NCBI GenBank assembly: GCA_944377455.1
Contig: CALWEZ010000001.1
Location: forward strand, 4,894 to 68,893
Direction: 5' to 3'
DNA length: 64,000 nucleotides
Source of the DNA: an uncultured Clostridia bacterium
Lineage (GTDB): Bacteria > Bacillota > Clostridia > Christensenellales > UBA1242
Each line of letters opens with the position of its first letter. Within the stretch, counting starts at the first letter, position 1. The position numbers and the translations under genes were made by a program. This document shows, one piece after another, positions 21,077 through 30,877 of the stretch. The notes beneath the pieces are model-generated. The model saw only the letters and a program-made list of their open reading frames with translations, did no database searches and was not told the DNA's origin.

Positions 21077-23734
21077 ATGCAAATGGAATATTATAAACAA
21101 TCTGCTGAAAAATGCCTATCTTTGATGATGTCAAGGTCAAGCGGTTTGACGCTTGATGAGATTAATGCACGTTCGTCAAAAAGCAAGAAGTTTCAAATAG
21201 GAAAAGAAAAAAAGACTAATCTTTTCATTAAATTTTTAGCACAATTAAAGGAACTTATGGTGCTAATTCTTTTAATTTCCGCCATTGTTTCCATTGTCAT
21301 CGGCATTATTGAAAACTCGACCAGTGAGATTGTGGACGGCGCGATAATACTCGGTATTGTTATCATGAACGCTATCTTTGGTGTTGCGCAAGAATATAAA
21401 TCGGAAAAGGCGATAGAGAACTTAAAGAAGATGACGGAGTCTTCCGCGCTGGTAGTAAGAGAAGGTAAGGTGGAGAAAATTCCAAGTCGCGACCTTGTGC
21501 ATGGAGATATTGTCTTACTTGAGGCAGGCTCAATAGTGCCTGCGGACTTAAGGTTGATTGAAAGTGCCAACCTAAAAATTGACGAATCTGCCCTCACTGG
21601 CGAAAGTGAAGCGGTGACAAAGAACGCTGAAATTACCTACACGCAGGATATGGCGATTGCCGATCGAAAGAACATCGCGTACCTTGGAAGCGTGGTCGAG
21701 AATGGACATGCGAAGGGCGTGGTGGTGGCGCTCGGCAAAGAGACTGAGTTTGGCAAGATTGCCGAAAGTTTAAATAGCACCAAAAAAGAACTCACTCCAC
21801 TTCAAAAGAACATTCAATCGATCGGCAAGGTTTTAACATATTTAATACTCCTTATCGCTTCAATAACCTTTATTTTAGAGGCGATTGCGCGTCCGACCGA
21901 GATTTTAAATGCCTTTTTAACGGCGGTTGCCATTTCTGTTGCCGCCATTCCTGAAAGTATGCCAGCGGTTATCACGATCATCATGAGTTTGGGCATAGCG
22001 GAACTTAGCAAGCAAAAGGCTATTGTCAAAAAGATGCACGCTGTGGAGACATTAGGGTGTTGCGATGTGATATGCTCCGACAAAACTGGCACAATCACCG
22101 AAAACAAGATGACGGTTCAGGAAGTTTGGTCGAATTTCGACGAAAAGAGCGTATATTTTGATTTGCTACTTAAAGATATGGTGCTATGTAACGACGGACA
22201 ACTTGGTAGTGCAGGCTATGTTGGCGACTCAACCGAAGTAGCGCTACTTAACTACGCTAAAACAAAGGGAGTTAAAAAGGAAGAAGAAAAATCACCGCGA
22301 ATTGATGAAATTTCCTTTTCTTCCGAAAGAAAGATGATGAGCACTTTAAACATCGTCGGCGAACGAAAGGTGGTGTTTGTCAAGGGTGCGCTAGATAGGA
22401 TTTTAAAGCGATGTAAGTTTATCGCCTGCCAAGACGGCGTCATAGAACTATCTAACGAAAAACGCAAAGAAATAATGGCGATAAATTCGCGTATGTGTAA
22501 GGGCGCACTGCGAGTTTTGGCGTTTGCATACAAGATGTCTAGTGAGATAGACGAAGAAGATTTAATCTTTTTGGGGCTTGTTAGCATGATTGATCCGCCA
22601 CGCAAGGAAATTTTTGAGGCGGTCAAAAAATGTCGAAAAGCAGGGATGCGACCTGTCATGATAACTGGTGACTATAAGGACACCGCCTTTGCGATTGCCA
22701 AAAAGATAGGTATCGCAAGTTCCGTGAAAGAAGTTATGTCTGGCGAGGACATCGACAAATGCTCAGACGAAGAGTTTGCAAAAAAAGTGGAAAAGATTTC
22801 CGTCTTTGCACGCGTCAGCCCTCAGCATAAGGAAAAGATTGTGGAAGCGCTTAAAAAGAACGGACACAATGTGGCGATGACAGGTGACGGTGTCAATGAC
22901 GCACCGAGCATGAAAAAGGCGAACATTGGCATCGGTATGGGCAAGAGCGGAACGGATGTGACGAAAGAGGTTGCCGACATCATCATAACTGACGACAACT
23001 TTGCCACGATTGTGGTGGCAGTGGAGCAGGGCAGGAAGATTTACTCTAACATCCAAAAGACGATTAAGTTTCTGTTTTCTGCAAATATGGCGGAGATTTT
23101 GGCGTTGTTTTTCGTGACCATTCTCTTCCCAAATAAGACCTTCCTTTTGCCTGTGCAAATTCTTTTTGTCAACCTAATCACCGACTCGCTTCCTGCGATA
23201 GCGCTCGGCATGGAAAAGGTGGAGAGTGGCGTGATGGACGAAAAACCACGCGATAGAAAAAGCGGACTTTTCTCAAACGGCGTCGGCGTCAGTATAATTA
23301 TCTTAGGTGCCATTCAAACCATTTTGACCTTATCCGCATATCTAATCGGACTATTCTGCTATAACGAGTATGTGGCAATGACCATGGCGTTCTACACCTT
23401 AAACCTCATCCAACTTTTCTATATGTTCACCGCGCGCAGTAAGGAAAGTTGTTTTAAATCTAACCCATTCAAAAATAAATTTTTCACTCTCTCCATGGTT
23501 ATCGGCTTTGGACTACTTTTAGTTATTGCCACAACTGGATTTAAAGACATATTAAATCTCACAAGCCTGGATTATTCATGCTGGATTGTTGTGCTTCTTC
23601 TCTCCGTTTCCATTATCTTCATCGGCGAACTATATAAAGTGATAGAGCGAAAGGTGATGAGTAAAAGAGCAGAAAGGAAAAATATTAAAGTTGAGAAAAA
23701 TAAAAAGAATAAAAAACAAAAAGTTAAAGAGTAA
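21077..23734 (+). CDS. P-type Ca2+-transporting ATPase (PMCA/SERCA-like, YloB type)
   Basis: DKTGTITENKM phosphorylation site, TGES, MITGDYKDTA and TGDGVNDAPSMKKANIGIGMG motifs, with about 10 TM segments. The ORF track starts at TTG 21041. ATG 21077 or 21083 is preferred because AAAGGA sits just upstream. Confidence 0.9.
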   Translation: MQMEYYKQSAEKCLSLMMSRSSGLTLDEINARSSKSKKFQIGKEKKTNLFIKFLAQLKELMVLILLISAIVSIVIGIIENSTSEIVDGAIILGIVIMNAIFGVAQEYKSEKAIENLKKMTESSALVVREGKVEKIPSRDLVHGDIVLLEAGSIVPADLRLIESANLKIDESALTGESEAVTKNAEITYTQDMAIADRKNIAYLGSVVENGHAKGVVVALGKETEFGKIAESLNSTKKELTPLQKNIQSIGKVLTYLILLIASITFILEAIARPTEILNAFLTAVAISVAAIPESMPAVITIIMSLGIAELSKQKAIVKKMHAVETLGCCDVICSDKTGTITENKMTVQEVWSNFDEKSVYFDLLLKDMVLCNDGQLGSAGYVGDSTEVALLNYAKTKGVKKEEEKSPRIDEISFSSERKMMSTLNIVGERKVVFVKGALDRILKRCKFIACQDGVIELSNEKRKEIMAINSRMCKGALRVLAFAYKMSSEIDEEDLIFLGLVSMIDPPRKEIFEAVKKCRKAGMRPVMITGDYKDTAFAIAKKIGIASSVKEVMSGEDIDKCSDEEFAKKVEKISVFARVSPQHKEKIVEALKKNGHNVAMTGDGVNDAPSMKKANIGIGMGKSGTDVTKEVADIIITDDNFATIVVAVEQGRKIYSNIQKTIKFLFSANMAEILALFFVTILFPNKTFLLPVQILFVNLITDSLPAIALGMEKVESGVMDEKPRDRKSGLFSNGVGVSIIILGAIQTILTLSAYLIGLFCYNEYVAMTMAFYTLNLIQLFYMFTARSKESCFKSNPFKNKFFTLSMVIGFGLLLVIATTGFKDILNLTSLDYSCWIVVLLLSVSIIFIGELYKVIERKVMSKRAERKNIKVEKNKKNKKQKVKE

Positions 23735-23820
23735 AAAACAAAAATATAAAAATCAAAAATAGAAAAAATATCAAAAAAATCATTAAAAATACAAAAAATA
23801 ATCAAAATTTAACCATTTTT

Positions 23821-23852
23821 GCCTTTATTTTTTAAAATAAAGGCATTTTTTA
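23821..23852 (+). terminator. Rho-independent terminator after the ATPase gene
   Basis: GCCTTTATT / AATAAAGGC 9-bp stem followed by a T-rich run. Confidence 0.65.
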
Positions 23853-24059
23853 TATATTTTTATTTTAATTTTAAAAATATTTTAATTATTTAATTTTTTA
23901 AGAATTTCAATTTATTTTTTATTTTTAATATATAATTTTTAATTATTTTTAATTTTTCTTTTATTTATTTTAATCAAACTTCTAAACAAATTTTCTTTTA
24001 ATGTCACATTACACAAAAATTGTGTTTACTTTTTTTTCTAGGTGTGATAAAATAACAAC

Positions 24060-25004
24060 ATGGATATAGCGGAGATAATCAAGGAAGAAGGATATTTGAA
24101 AAGATTGCAGGAAAATGGCATTTCTCATGCGATGCTTTTTCAAAGCATGGATGACCGCTTGAACAAAGTGATGTTAATCATGACCGCACTTTCTATCAAC
24201 TATAAAACATACGAACTATTTAACGAAGAGAGTGCGGAGTATTTAAAGATAAAAAATAACGCCGACATTGACATAAAGATTTATCCTAAAAACAACGAAA
24301 AACTTTTGGTGTCCGATTCCAACGAGATTACGGACGAGGTCTACATTAAACCAGCCGAGCATGACAACAAGGTGTTTATAATAAACAACATTGAAGCCTC
24401 CACTGAGCAAGCGCAAAACAAACTTTTAAAGGTGCTGGAAGAACCACCAAAAAACGTCTACTTTCTTATAAGTTGTCAAGACGACAATCGTGTGCTTCAA
24501 ACCATAAAGTCGCGCTGTCAAAAGATTGTGCTTGAAAAGTTGCCGAAGGAAAAATTTGACTTGATTTGCAAAAATCCCCTTGCTGGCATGATAAGTGAAG
24601 GCTATATCGGGCTCTATGAAGAGTATTCAAAGAAAGCGAATTTGGAAGAGGTGGTGGATACGACTATAAAACTTGTCACAGAACTTAAAAACAGCGGACA
24701 GGTTTTGAAATTTTCCACAAACCTTATGAAATACCGTGAGGACATCGAACTTATCTTTCAAATATACATTCGCTCTTTAGAGGATATGATAAAGATAAAG
24801 TCGGAAAGGGAAGATTTATGCTCCATGCCACTATATCTAGATTCGCTCAAAAGCGTGGAAAGCGAATTTTCGATTAATGCGATATGCGAAATCAACTCAC
24901 TTGTTTCGGAGTTTATTAAGAAGCGTGAGGCGAATGTCAATGAGCAGGTGGCACTTGAAAATTTACTACTTAAAATTTTGGAGGTTAAATATATATGCAA
25001 ATAG
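24060..25004 (+). CDS. holB: DNA polymerase III delta' subunit
   Basis: NKLLKVLEEPPKNVYFLISC....LQTIKSRCQ motif; about 310 aa; followed by a yaaT-like gene as in Bacillus. Confidence 0.85.
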   Translation: MDIAEIIKEEGYLKRLQENGISHAMLFQSMDDRLNKVMLIMTALSINYKTYELFNEESAEYLKIKNNADIDIKIYPKNNEKLLVSDSNEITDEVYIKPAEHDNKVFIINNIEASTEQAQNKLLKVLEEPPKNVYFLISCQDDNRVLQTIKSRCQKIVLEKLPKEKFDLICKNPLAGMISEGYIGLYEEYSKKANLEEVVDTTIKLVTELKNSGQVLKFSTNLMKYREDIELIFQIYIRSLEDMIKIKSEREDLCSMPLYLDSLKSVESEFSINAICEINSLVSEFIKKREANVNEQVALENLLLKILEVKYICK

Positions 25005-25801
25005 AAGTTGTGGGAGTTAAGTTTAAAAACAGCAATCATATCTATTCTTTTTCGCCGAACAATTTAGACCTAAAAAAAGGCGACTACGTCATTGTGGAGA
25101 CTGAGAAGGGCAGAGATTTAGGCGTGATTGTTAAAGAAAAGTATGAAATAAAGGCGGAAGAACTGACAAGCGAACTTAAAAATGTGCTATATAAGGCAAC
25201 GGATGCGCAGGTGAAAAAGGCGGAAGAATATGACAGCGTTGCCGAAAAACTTTTGCCTAATGTTGTTGAGATTGTGAAATCGTTTAAACTTGACATGAAG
25301 ATTGTGAAAGTGGAAGCAAACTATGATAATAGCAAACTTATCGTGAATTTCACGGCGGAAAATAGGGTGGACTTTCGCGAACTCGTAAAAAAACTTGCCG
25401 AAACTTTCAAAACGCGCGTGGAACTTAGGCAGATTGGCAGTCGCGACGAAGTTAGGATGCTTGGCGGGTTTGGGCCTTGCGGAAAGATTTGTTGTTGCGT
25501 GCAGAATTTCGGCGAATTTGACCATGTCTCCATGAAAATGGCAAAAAATCAAAATCTATCACTCAACCCTAACAGCATAAGCGGACTTTGTGGAAAACTT
25601 ATGTGTTGCATTGCCTATGAAAACCAGACCTATGTTGAGTCACTTAAGGTTATGCCAAAGATTGGCGCAAGCGTTAAGACTAAGGACGGCGAAGGCGTTG
25701 TTGTCTATAATGACCTACTCGATATGCAAGTGGATGTTAAATTCTCAAATGGCGACGACAGCGAAATCAAGACCTTTGATTTAAGCGAAGTTAAGTTTTA
25801 G
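24995..25801 (+). CDS. ricT: PSP1-domain protein YaaT/RicT (stage 0 sporulation / RNase Y regulator family)
   Basis: Overlaps the holB stop by 10 nt; RBS GGAGG. Cys-rich GFGPCGKICCCVQNF...GLCGKLMCCIAYE is typical of the PSP1/YaaT family. Confidence 0.85.
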   Translation: MQIEVVGVKFKNSNHIYSFSPNNLDLKKGDYVIVETEKGRDLGVIVKEKYEIKAEELTSELKNVLYKATDAQVKKAEEYDSVAEKLLPNVVEIVKSFKLDMKIVKVEANYDNSKLIVNFTAENRVDFRELVKKLAETFKTRVELRQIGSRDEVRMLGGFGPCGKICCCVQNFGEFDHVSMKMAKNQNLSLNPNSISGLCGKLMCCIAYENQTYVESLKVMPKIGASVKTKDGEGVVVYNDLLDMQVDVKFSNGDDSEIKTFDLSEVKF

Positions 25802-25809
25802 GTGAGACC

Positions 25810-26523
25810 ATGACGGAAAGGATAGAAGATTTAGAGTGCGCAGGGCTTAAAATCATTCAAGATAAGGACCTATACACTTTCACAAGTGACGCCGTGATAC
25901 TGGCAAACTTTGTCAGGCTCAAAAAGGGCGAAACGGCGGTGGAGATAGGTGGCGGATGTGGAGTTATCTCCATACTGCTATCGGCGAAAAATAATTTTAA
26001 AAAGATAAAAATCTTCGAAATTCAAGAAAAAATGCAAAAAATTTGCGAAAAAAACATAATTTTAAACAATTTATCCGAAAAATTAGAATTAATATGCGAT
26101 GATGTGAAAAATTTTAAGAAACATTTGGAAGTCGGCTCGGTGGATGTTGTCTTTTCAAATCCGCCCTACTTTCCTGTTTCAAACTTTGAGATGAGCGAAG
26201 TGAAAAAGGTGGCAAAGGAAGAAATCTCTTTATCGCTTCAGGAACTAACAAAATGCGCAAGAGACACGCTCAAATTCGGTGGTAGGTTCTATGTGGTCTA
26301 TAAGGCAGAGCGCCTTGCTGAACTTATCCGCGAGTGCGAAAAGTGTAACCTAAAGTTAAAGCGGATGTTTTTCACTGAGAACGGCAAAAAGGTTATTAAT
26401 CTTGTTGTTGCCGAATTTCATAAAGGTGGCGGAGACGGCGTTAAAATTTTACCAAACCTTGTCACAAATAACGACGACGGCGAGTTTTTGGAAGAGTTAA
26501 AAACACGAAAATTTTTAAGTTAA
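25810..26523 (+). CDS. SAM-dependent N6-adenine methyltransferase, YabB/TrmN6-like
   Basis: SAM-binding VEIGGGCG and the catalytic SNPPYF (NPPY) motif. Its position after holB-yaaT matches Bacillus yabB. Confidence 0.75.
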   Translation: MTERIEDLECAGLKIIQDKDLYTFTSDAVILANFVRLKKGETAVEIGGGCGVISILLSAKNNFKKIKIFEIQEKMQKICEKNIILNNLSEKLELICDDVKNFKKHLEVGSVDVVFSNPPYFPVSNFEMSEVKKVAKEEISLSLQELTKCARDTLKFGGRFYVVYKAERLAELIRECEKCNLKLKRMFFTENGKKVINLVVAEFHKGGGDGVKILPNLVTNNDDGEFLEELKTRKFLS

Positions 26524-26546
26524 ACAAAAAAATTCTTCCTAAACAC

Positions 26547-26575
26547 TTGTTTTTTAAAAATCTTTATGCTATAAT
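26547..26575 (+). promoter_or_regulatory. Promoter of rplS
   Basis: TTGTTT, 17-nt spacer, TATAAT with an extended -10 TG (aTGcTATAAT). Confidence 0.55.
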
Positions 26576-26581
26576 GCTTTG

Positions 26582-26654
26582 GACTTCGGATGTTCCGCTG
26601 GGGCTGGAGGCTTTAAGAGCATCATGTCGAAAATCTGAAAAAAGGAGATAAGTC
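26582..26654 (+). ncRNA. Possible structured 5' leader of rplS (ribosomal-protein leader candidate)
   Basis: The leader is about 73 nt and G+C-richer than its surroundings. A 7-bp stem GAUGUUC/GAGCAUC encloses CGCUGGGGCUGGAGGCUUUAA just upstream of the SD. Homology to the known L19 leader was not verified. Confidence 0.3.
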
Positions 26655-27005
26655 ATGGCTAATATTATCGACCAAATCGAAAGAGAAAACATGAAAGAGA
26701 ATGTTCCTGAATTTTCTGTTGGTGACACTGTCAGAGTCAATGTCAGAATCAAAGAAGGCGACAAGGAAAGAATTCAGGCATTTGAAGGTGTTGTTATTGC
26801 CAGAAAGAACGGTGGAGTTAGAGAGACCTTCACAGTAAGAAAGATTTCTTACGGCGTGGGCGTGGAAAAGACATATCCTATCCATTCACCAAAAATCGCT
26901 AGCATTGAAGTGATAAGAAAAGGCAAAGCAAAGAGAGCAAAACTCTATTATGTTAGAAATCTCACAGGTAAGGCTGCAAAGATTAAATCTGCAGACAATA
27001 AGTAA
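26655..27005 (+). CDS. rplS: 50S ribosomal protein L19
   Basis: MANIIDQIE...[60 protein letters not shown] is full-length L19. RBS AAAGGAG. Confidence 0.97.
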   Translation: MANIIDQIERENMKENVPEFSVGDTVRVNVRIKEGDKERIQAFEGVVIARKNGGVRETFTVRKISYGVGVEKTYPIHSPKIASIEVIRKGKAKRAKLYYVRNLTGKAAKIKSADNK

Positions 27006-27031
27006 AGTATCCACATGGATGCTTTTTTTTT
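27006..27031 (+). terminator. Rho-independent terminator after rplS
   Basis: GTATCC-ACAT-GGATGC hairpin followed by a T9 run. Confidence 0.7.
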
Positions 27032-27093
27032 ATTTTATAAATTTGCTTTTAAGTTCGTTTTTTATTATAATAGATTTAGGTTATTGGAGTTTT

Positions 27094-28284
27094 ATGAAGA
27101 AAAATTTAAAAGCAATTTTTGTTGCATCTATTATATTGATAATAATTGGCATTTGTGTTTTTTCGTTAGAAAATTATATTGGGATAGATTCGCGGAGTGT
27201 TATGTTTATAATTTTCTCAGTGCTTTGCGGGCTGTATCTAATTGGACTCATGGTGTTTTTTATTTTGAATAAGCGAAAAGCGGTTATAAAAGTTGTGGAA
27301 TTTAACGCCCCTAATGATATGACGCCTGCCGATGCAGGATATGTTATTGACAAAACTGTTGACGATAAAGACATCAGCGCGCTTTTAATATTTTGGGCGG
27401 ATAGGAAATATCTTGAAGTTTATGAAAAAGATAAAAAAGTTATAATCTTAAAAAAACTTAAAGATGCGGATGAGCAGATGAAATCCTATGAAAAACTGAT
27501 GTTTAATACAATTTTTAGTGGTAGGGATGAGGTTGTTTTAAAAGATTTGCCAAACATCATTAGACCAGTCGCAAACAATATTAAAAATTTAATAAAAACA
27601 GAAAATCATAACAAATATTTTAGTTCCAAGGTGGAGAGTGCTTCCATGTGGTTTACGCTCGGCATAACTTTGACGCTCGTCTTTCTTTCCTACTTTTTTG
27701 GAAACGGCGGAACACCATCTATTGTTTTAGGGGTTTTGATATTTTTAATCAGCACTTTCTTTTCTTCTGTTGCAAACAGGATGTATTTGCAGAAAAAGTT
27801 GAAAATTTTTATCCTATATATCGTCGGCATAATTTTGTTTTTGATTTTGGCTTCGCTAAATTTGATTTTTTCGCTAAATGACCTTTATGCGACAATCCTA
27901 ATTGCTATCGTCTCTTTGCTGTGTCTTGTGACATACATTCTTTGCCCTTTGATGGAATATCATAACAAGGACGGTAAAAGAGTTATAGGGCAACTTTTGG
28001 GCTTGAAAGAATATTTGGAACTAGCGGAAAAGGAAAGACTAGAGGCGTTAATCCAAGAAGAGCCAGAACATTTTTATAATGTCATTCCTTTTGCGTATGT
28101 TTTGAATGTCAGCAACAAGTGGATAGAGAAATATAACTTTGCCAAAACGATAAGCAAAAAGGAAAGGCGCGAATTGGCACTGGCGATAGGAATGTTAGCA
28201 ACTATCTTTATATTTGGAGAAGGGGCGTCGTTATTCGGTGGATTGTTTGGCTCTTCCTCAAAGAAAAAGAAGAAAAAATCTTAA
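27094..28284 (+). CDS. DUF2207-like polytopic membrane protein
   Basis: ATG at 27094 (MKKNLKAIFVAS) is preceded by GGAG. The track's start at 26950 would overlap rplS and its terminator. APNDMTPADAGYVIDKTVDDKDISALLIFWA and a Gly-rich, poly-Lys C-terminus are typical of the DUF2207 family. Confidence 0.6.
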   Translation: MKKNLKAIFVASIILIIIGICVFSLENYIGIDSRSVMFIIFSVLCGLYLIGLMVFFILNKRKAVIKVVEFNAPNDMTPADAGYVIDKTVDDKDISALLIFWADRKYLEVYEKDKKVIILKKLKDADEQMKSYEKLMFNTIFSGRDEVVLKDLPNIIRPVANNIKNLIKTENHNKYFSSKVESASMWFTLGITLTLVFLSYFFGNGGTPSIVLGVLIFLISTFFSSVANRMYLQKKLKIFILYIVGIILFLILASLNLIFSLNDLYATILIAIVSLLCLVTYILCPLMEYHNKDGKRVIGQLLGLKEYLELAEKERLEALIQEEPEHFYNVIPFAYVLNVSNKWIEKYNFAKTISKKERRELALAIGMLATIFIFGEGASLFGGLFGSSSKKKKKKS

Positions 28285-28454
28285 CGGATGTAGAATATAT
28301 TTTGTTTCTTTTCTTTTGGAAACAATTTTTGGCGTAATCAATTAATTATCATGCTTTGCAATTTCATTTATCATATATAGTTATACCATACACAAAAAAT
28401 ATAAGAGAAGCAATATGGGTTAGTCGACTATTTTTATCCAGTTGTTTCTTTTGC

Positions 28455-28483
28455 TTGACTTCATGGCTTTTTTATGCTATAAA
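28455..28483 (+). promoter_or_regulatory. Promoter of lysS
   Basis: TTGACT, 17-nt spacer, TATAAA with an extended -10 TG. Confidence 0.55.
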
Positions 28484-28512
28484 TAGACGATTAAATTATT
28501 TCGGAGGCAGAG

Positions 28513-29973
28513 ATGGAAGAAAATTTATCGAGCGAGATTGAGATTAGAAGGCAAAAGATTGAAGACCTTCGAAAGTCGGGCGAAATTCCGTACAAGGAAA
28601 AGTTTGAAAGAACCTGCACGATAAGTGAAGCGAGAGAGAAGTTAGGCGAGCATGTGAAAATTGCAGGTCGTATTGTCTTTCGTCGCATTATGGGCAAGTT
28701 TGGTTTTTGTCAGATAAGAGATGTATATGACAAAATTCAAATTTCGGTTGGGCGAAACGAGTTCAGCGAAGAGGACTATAATTTCTATAAGAAGATGATT
28801 GATATCGGCGACTTTATCGGCGTGGAAGGCGAAGTTTATACGACGCAGACTGGGGAAGTGACAGTTAAGGCGGAGAAGATAACGCTACTTTCTAAAACTT
28901 TAAGACCGCTTCCAGAGAAGTTTCACGGCGTGGTGGACACTGAGATTAAGTATAGGCAGAGATATTTGGACCTTATCACCAACGAAGACGCGCGAAAAAT
29001 CTTCTTAACACGAAGCAAGGTGGTTTCGTTCATCAGGCACTATTTAGAGGACAACGGCTTTATCGAAGTGGAGACGCCTATTCTTCAAACCAGCGTTTCG
29101 GGCGCCAGTGCAAAGCCGTTCTTTACTCACCACAACGCGCTTGACATCGAGTGTAATTTGCGTATTGCCACCGAAACATGGCTCAAGCAGTGCATAGGCG
29201 CTGGCATTGACAGAGTGTTCGAACTTGGCAAGGATTTTCGCAACGAAGGCATGGACCCATCGCACCTTCAAGAGTTCACGCAAGTTGAATGGTATGCGTC
29301 TTACTGGAACTTTGAAGACAACATCAAGTTTTTCCATACCATGCTCATAAATCTTATGAAAGAGTGTTTGGGAACAACGAAAATTTCCTATCAAGGGCAG
29401 GAGATTGAGTTTGACGGCGAGTGGCCGAGAATAGACTATGTGGCAAGAATGCGCGAGATTTTAGGTTGTGATTTTCTTGACATAGACGATGTGGACGCGC
29501 TTAAAAAGATTGTTGTGGACAAAAAACTCTTCTCATACGCGGAACTTGAAGAGTGCAAAACCGTGAGAACGCTTATCGACTATGTATACAAAAGAAAGAT
29601 AAGGGCGGAGATTGTCAACCCAACAATTCTTTATAACTACCCAGCTTCGCTCATTCCACTTGCAAGGCGCAATGATAAGGACGACAGAATAATTGACGTT
29701 TTCCAAGTTGTCGCAGGCGGAGCGGAACTTGTTAAGGCGTATTCCGAACTTGTTGACCCAATCGTGCAGAGAAAGACGCTTGAACTTCAACTTGAAGAGA
29801 AGAAGGCGGGCGATGAAGAGACTATGGATGTTGACGAAGACTTCTTGCTTGCCATGGAACACGGAATGCCACCAATCTCAGGTTTAGGCTTTGGCATAGA
29901 CAGGTTCTTGCAATTCATTTTCGACAGACCGAACATCCGCGATGTTGTTCTCTTCCCTCTTATGAAAAAATAA
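28513..29973 (+). CDS. lysS: Lysyl-tRNA synthetase, class II
   Basis: N-terminal OB anticodon-binding domain. Class II motifs: FIEVETPILQ..., FRNEGMD..H..EFT..E.Y, and GGAELVKAYSEL.DP...GMPP.SGLGFGIDR. Confidence 0.93.
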   Translation: MEENLSSEIEIRRQKIEDLRKSGEIPYKEKFERTCTISEAREKLGEHVKIAGRIVFRRIMGKFGFCQIRDVYDKIQISVGRNEFSEEDYNFYKKMIDIGDFIGVEGEVYTTQTGEVTVKAEKITLLSKTLRPLPEKFHGVVDTEIKYRQRYLDLITNEDARKIFLTRSKVVSFIRHYLEDNGFIEVETPILQTSVSGASAKPFFTHHNALDIECNLRIATETWLKQCIGAGIDRVFELGKDFRNEGMDPSHLQEFTQVEWYASYWNFEDNIKFFHTMLINLMKECLGTTKISYQGQEIEFDGEWPRIDYVARMREILGCDFLDIDDVDALKKIVVDKKLFSYAELEECKTVRTLIDYVYKRKIRAEIVNPTILYNYPASLIPLARRNDKDDRIIDVFQVVAGGAELVKAYSELVDPIVQRKTLELQLEEKKAGDEETMDVDEDFLLAMEHGMPPISGLGFGIDRFLQFIFDRPNIRDVVLFPLMKK

Positions 29974-29981
29974 TAAAATAA

Positions 29982-30013
29982 AATAGGATAGTATTTTGAT
30001 TTACTATCCTATT
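29982..30013. terminator. Bidirectional hairpin between the convergent lysS and the 243-aa membrane protein gene
   Basis: Perfect 12-bp stem AATAGGATAGTA / TACTATCCTATT with a 9-nt loop and A/T-rich flanks. Confidence 0.6.
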
Positions 30014-30027
30014 TATCATTTAATAAC

Positions 30028-30759
30028 CTATTCTTCTTGTAATAATTCTGGCACAATTCTTCGTTTTTTAATTAAGCGTAGTTCTATTAACATATAAATA
30101 GAGAGAAGTATGGCTAGCGAGGAAAATACTATTCCACCAATACCGCTATAGAATGATGTTTCTGCAGTCACGCCGTCGAGGCACAATAGAGCGCTTTGAC
30201 AGAGAGAAAGCGATATAAACCCATCTGAGAGATTGATATATTTGATATAGTGGATGATGATATTATCCGCCTTTTTTGTTTTAACTGCGCTTACTATTCC
30301 CATAATCAGTTTGGAAAAGGCGATACACGCGATGAGCAAAGCGACCGAAATGCCGTAGGTGGAAAATTCTGGTATAACAAAGGTGGTTAAAATGCTTAGA
30401 ATGAGATATAAGACGGAAGCCCCTAAATTATAGAAGCAAAGTTTATAGCAAGATTTAGTTTCATAATTATATTTTTTTCTTTTTCTTTCTTCCTCTTTTC
30501 TATCTTTTATTTTTTCAGCATTATTATACTCTTTGATGGCGGTGTTTTTGGCAAAGCCCAGTATGATGTTGTAAATTCCGTTAAAACCAAAGGTTAGAGA
30601 TTGAATGAAGGCGGAGACAATGACCTTAACAAATCCCATAAAAAAGTTAAGAACAAGCGAGCCTACTGAAAAGTAGATTGTTCTTTCATTCAAATATTTT
30701 TTTGTCAGCCATTCTTTTTTAAATTTCGTTTCGCACCTCAACTTTTTATAATTATACAT
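30028..30759 (-). CDS. Hypothetical polytopic membrane protein (243 aa)
   Basis: ORF with about 5 hydrophobic segments and a charged KDRKEEERKRKK loop. No family recognised. Confidence 0.6.
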   Translation of the reverse strand: MYNYKKLRCETKFKKEWLTKKYLNERTIYFSVGSLVLNFFMGFVKVIVSAFIQSLTFGFNGIYNIILGFAKNTAIKEYNNAEKIKDRKEEERKRKKYNYETKSCYKLCFYNLGASVLYLILSILTTFVIPEFSTYGISVALLIACIAFSKLIMGIVSAVKTKKADNIIIHYIKYINLSDGFISLSLCQSALLCLDGVTAETSFYSGIGGIVFSSLAILLSIYMLIELRLIKKRRIVPELLQEE

Positions 30760-30877
30760 AATTTAAATGACAAATTCAAACGTTCGACAAAAATAACTTA
30801 AAATACGCAAAAGTAGTTAAAATTTTTGTGGCGGTGGAATATATAATAGAAAAATCACAGTTTTAAAGGAGGGCGAT

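Noticed and set aside
23735-24059. Second phased A/T-tract bent-DNA region upstream of holB, and similar AT-rich spacers at 50138-50332
   Set aside because: T-tracts are abundant, but their spacing is irregular (6-21 bp), unlike the roughly 10-bp phasing at 941-1006. This is probably just AT-rich intergenic DNA.
26950-27093. Upstream extension of the DUF2207-like ORF (track start 26950), the TTG 21041 start for the ATPase, the GTG 31223 start for comEC and the TTG 62591 start for the membrane protein
   Set aside because: The extensions overlap rplS and its terminator, or promoter-like sequences, and lack RBSs. Internal ATG codons with proper SD spacing give N-termini that look like genuine signal/TM or conserved starts.
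28285-28512. T-box or other riboswitch leaders upstream of the aaRS genes lysS (28285-28512), metG (50138-50332) and hisS (51626-51780)
   Set aside because: The leaders are short and/or extremely AT-rich. I could not find the conserved T-box sequence (AGGGUGGNACCGCG-like) or a specifier-loop/terminator-antiterminator arrangement. This needs confirmation with a covariance model.
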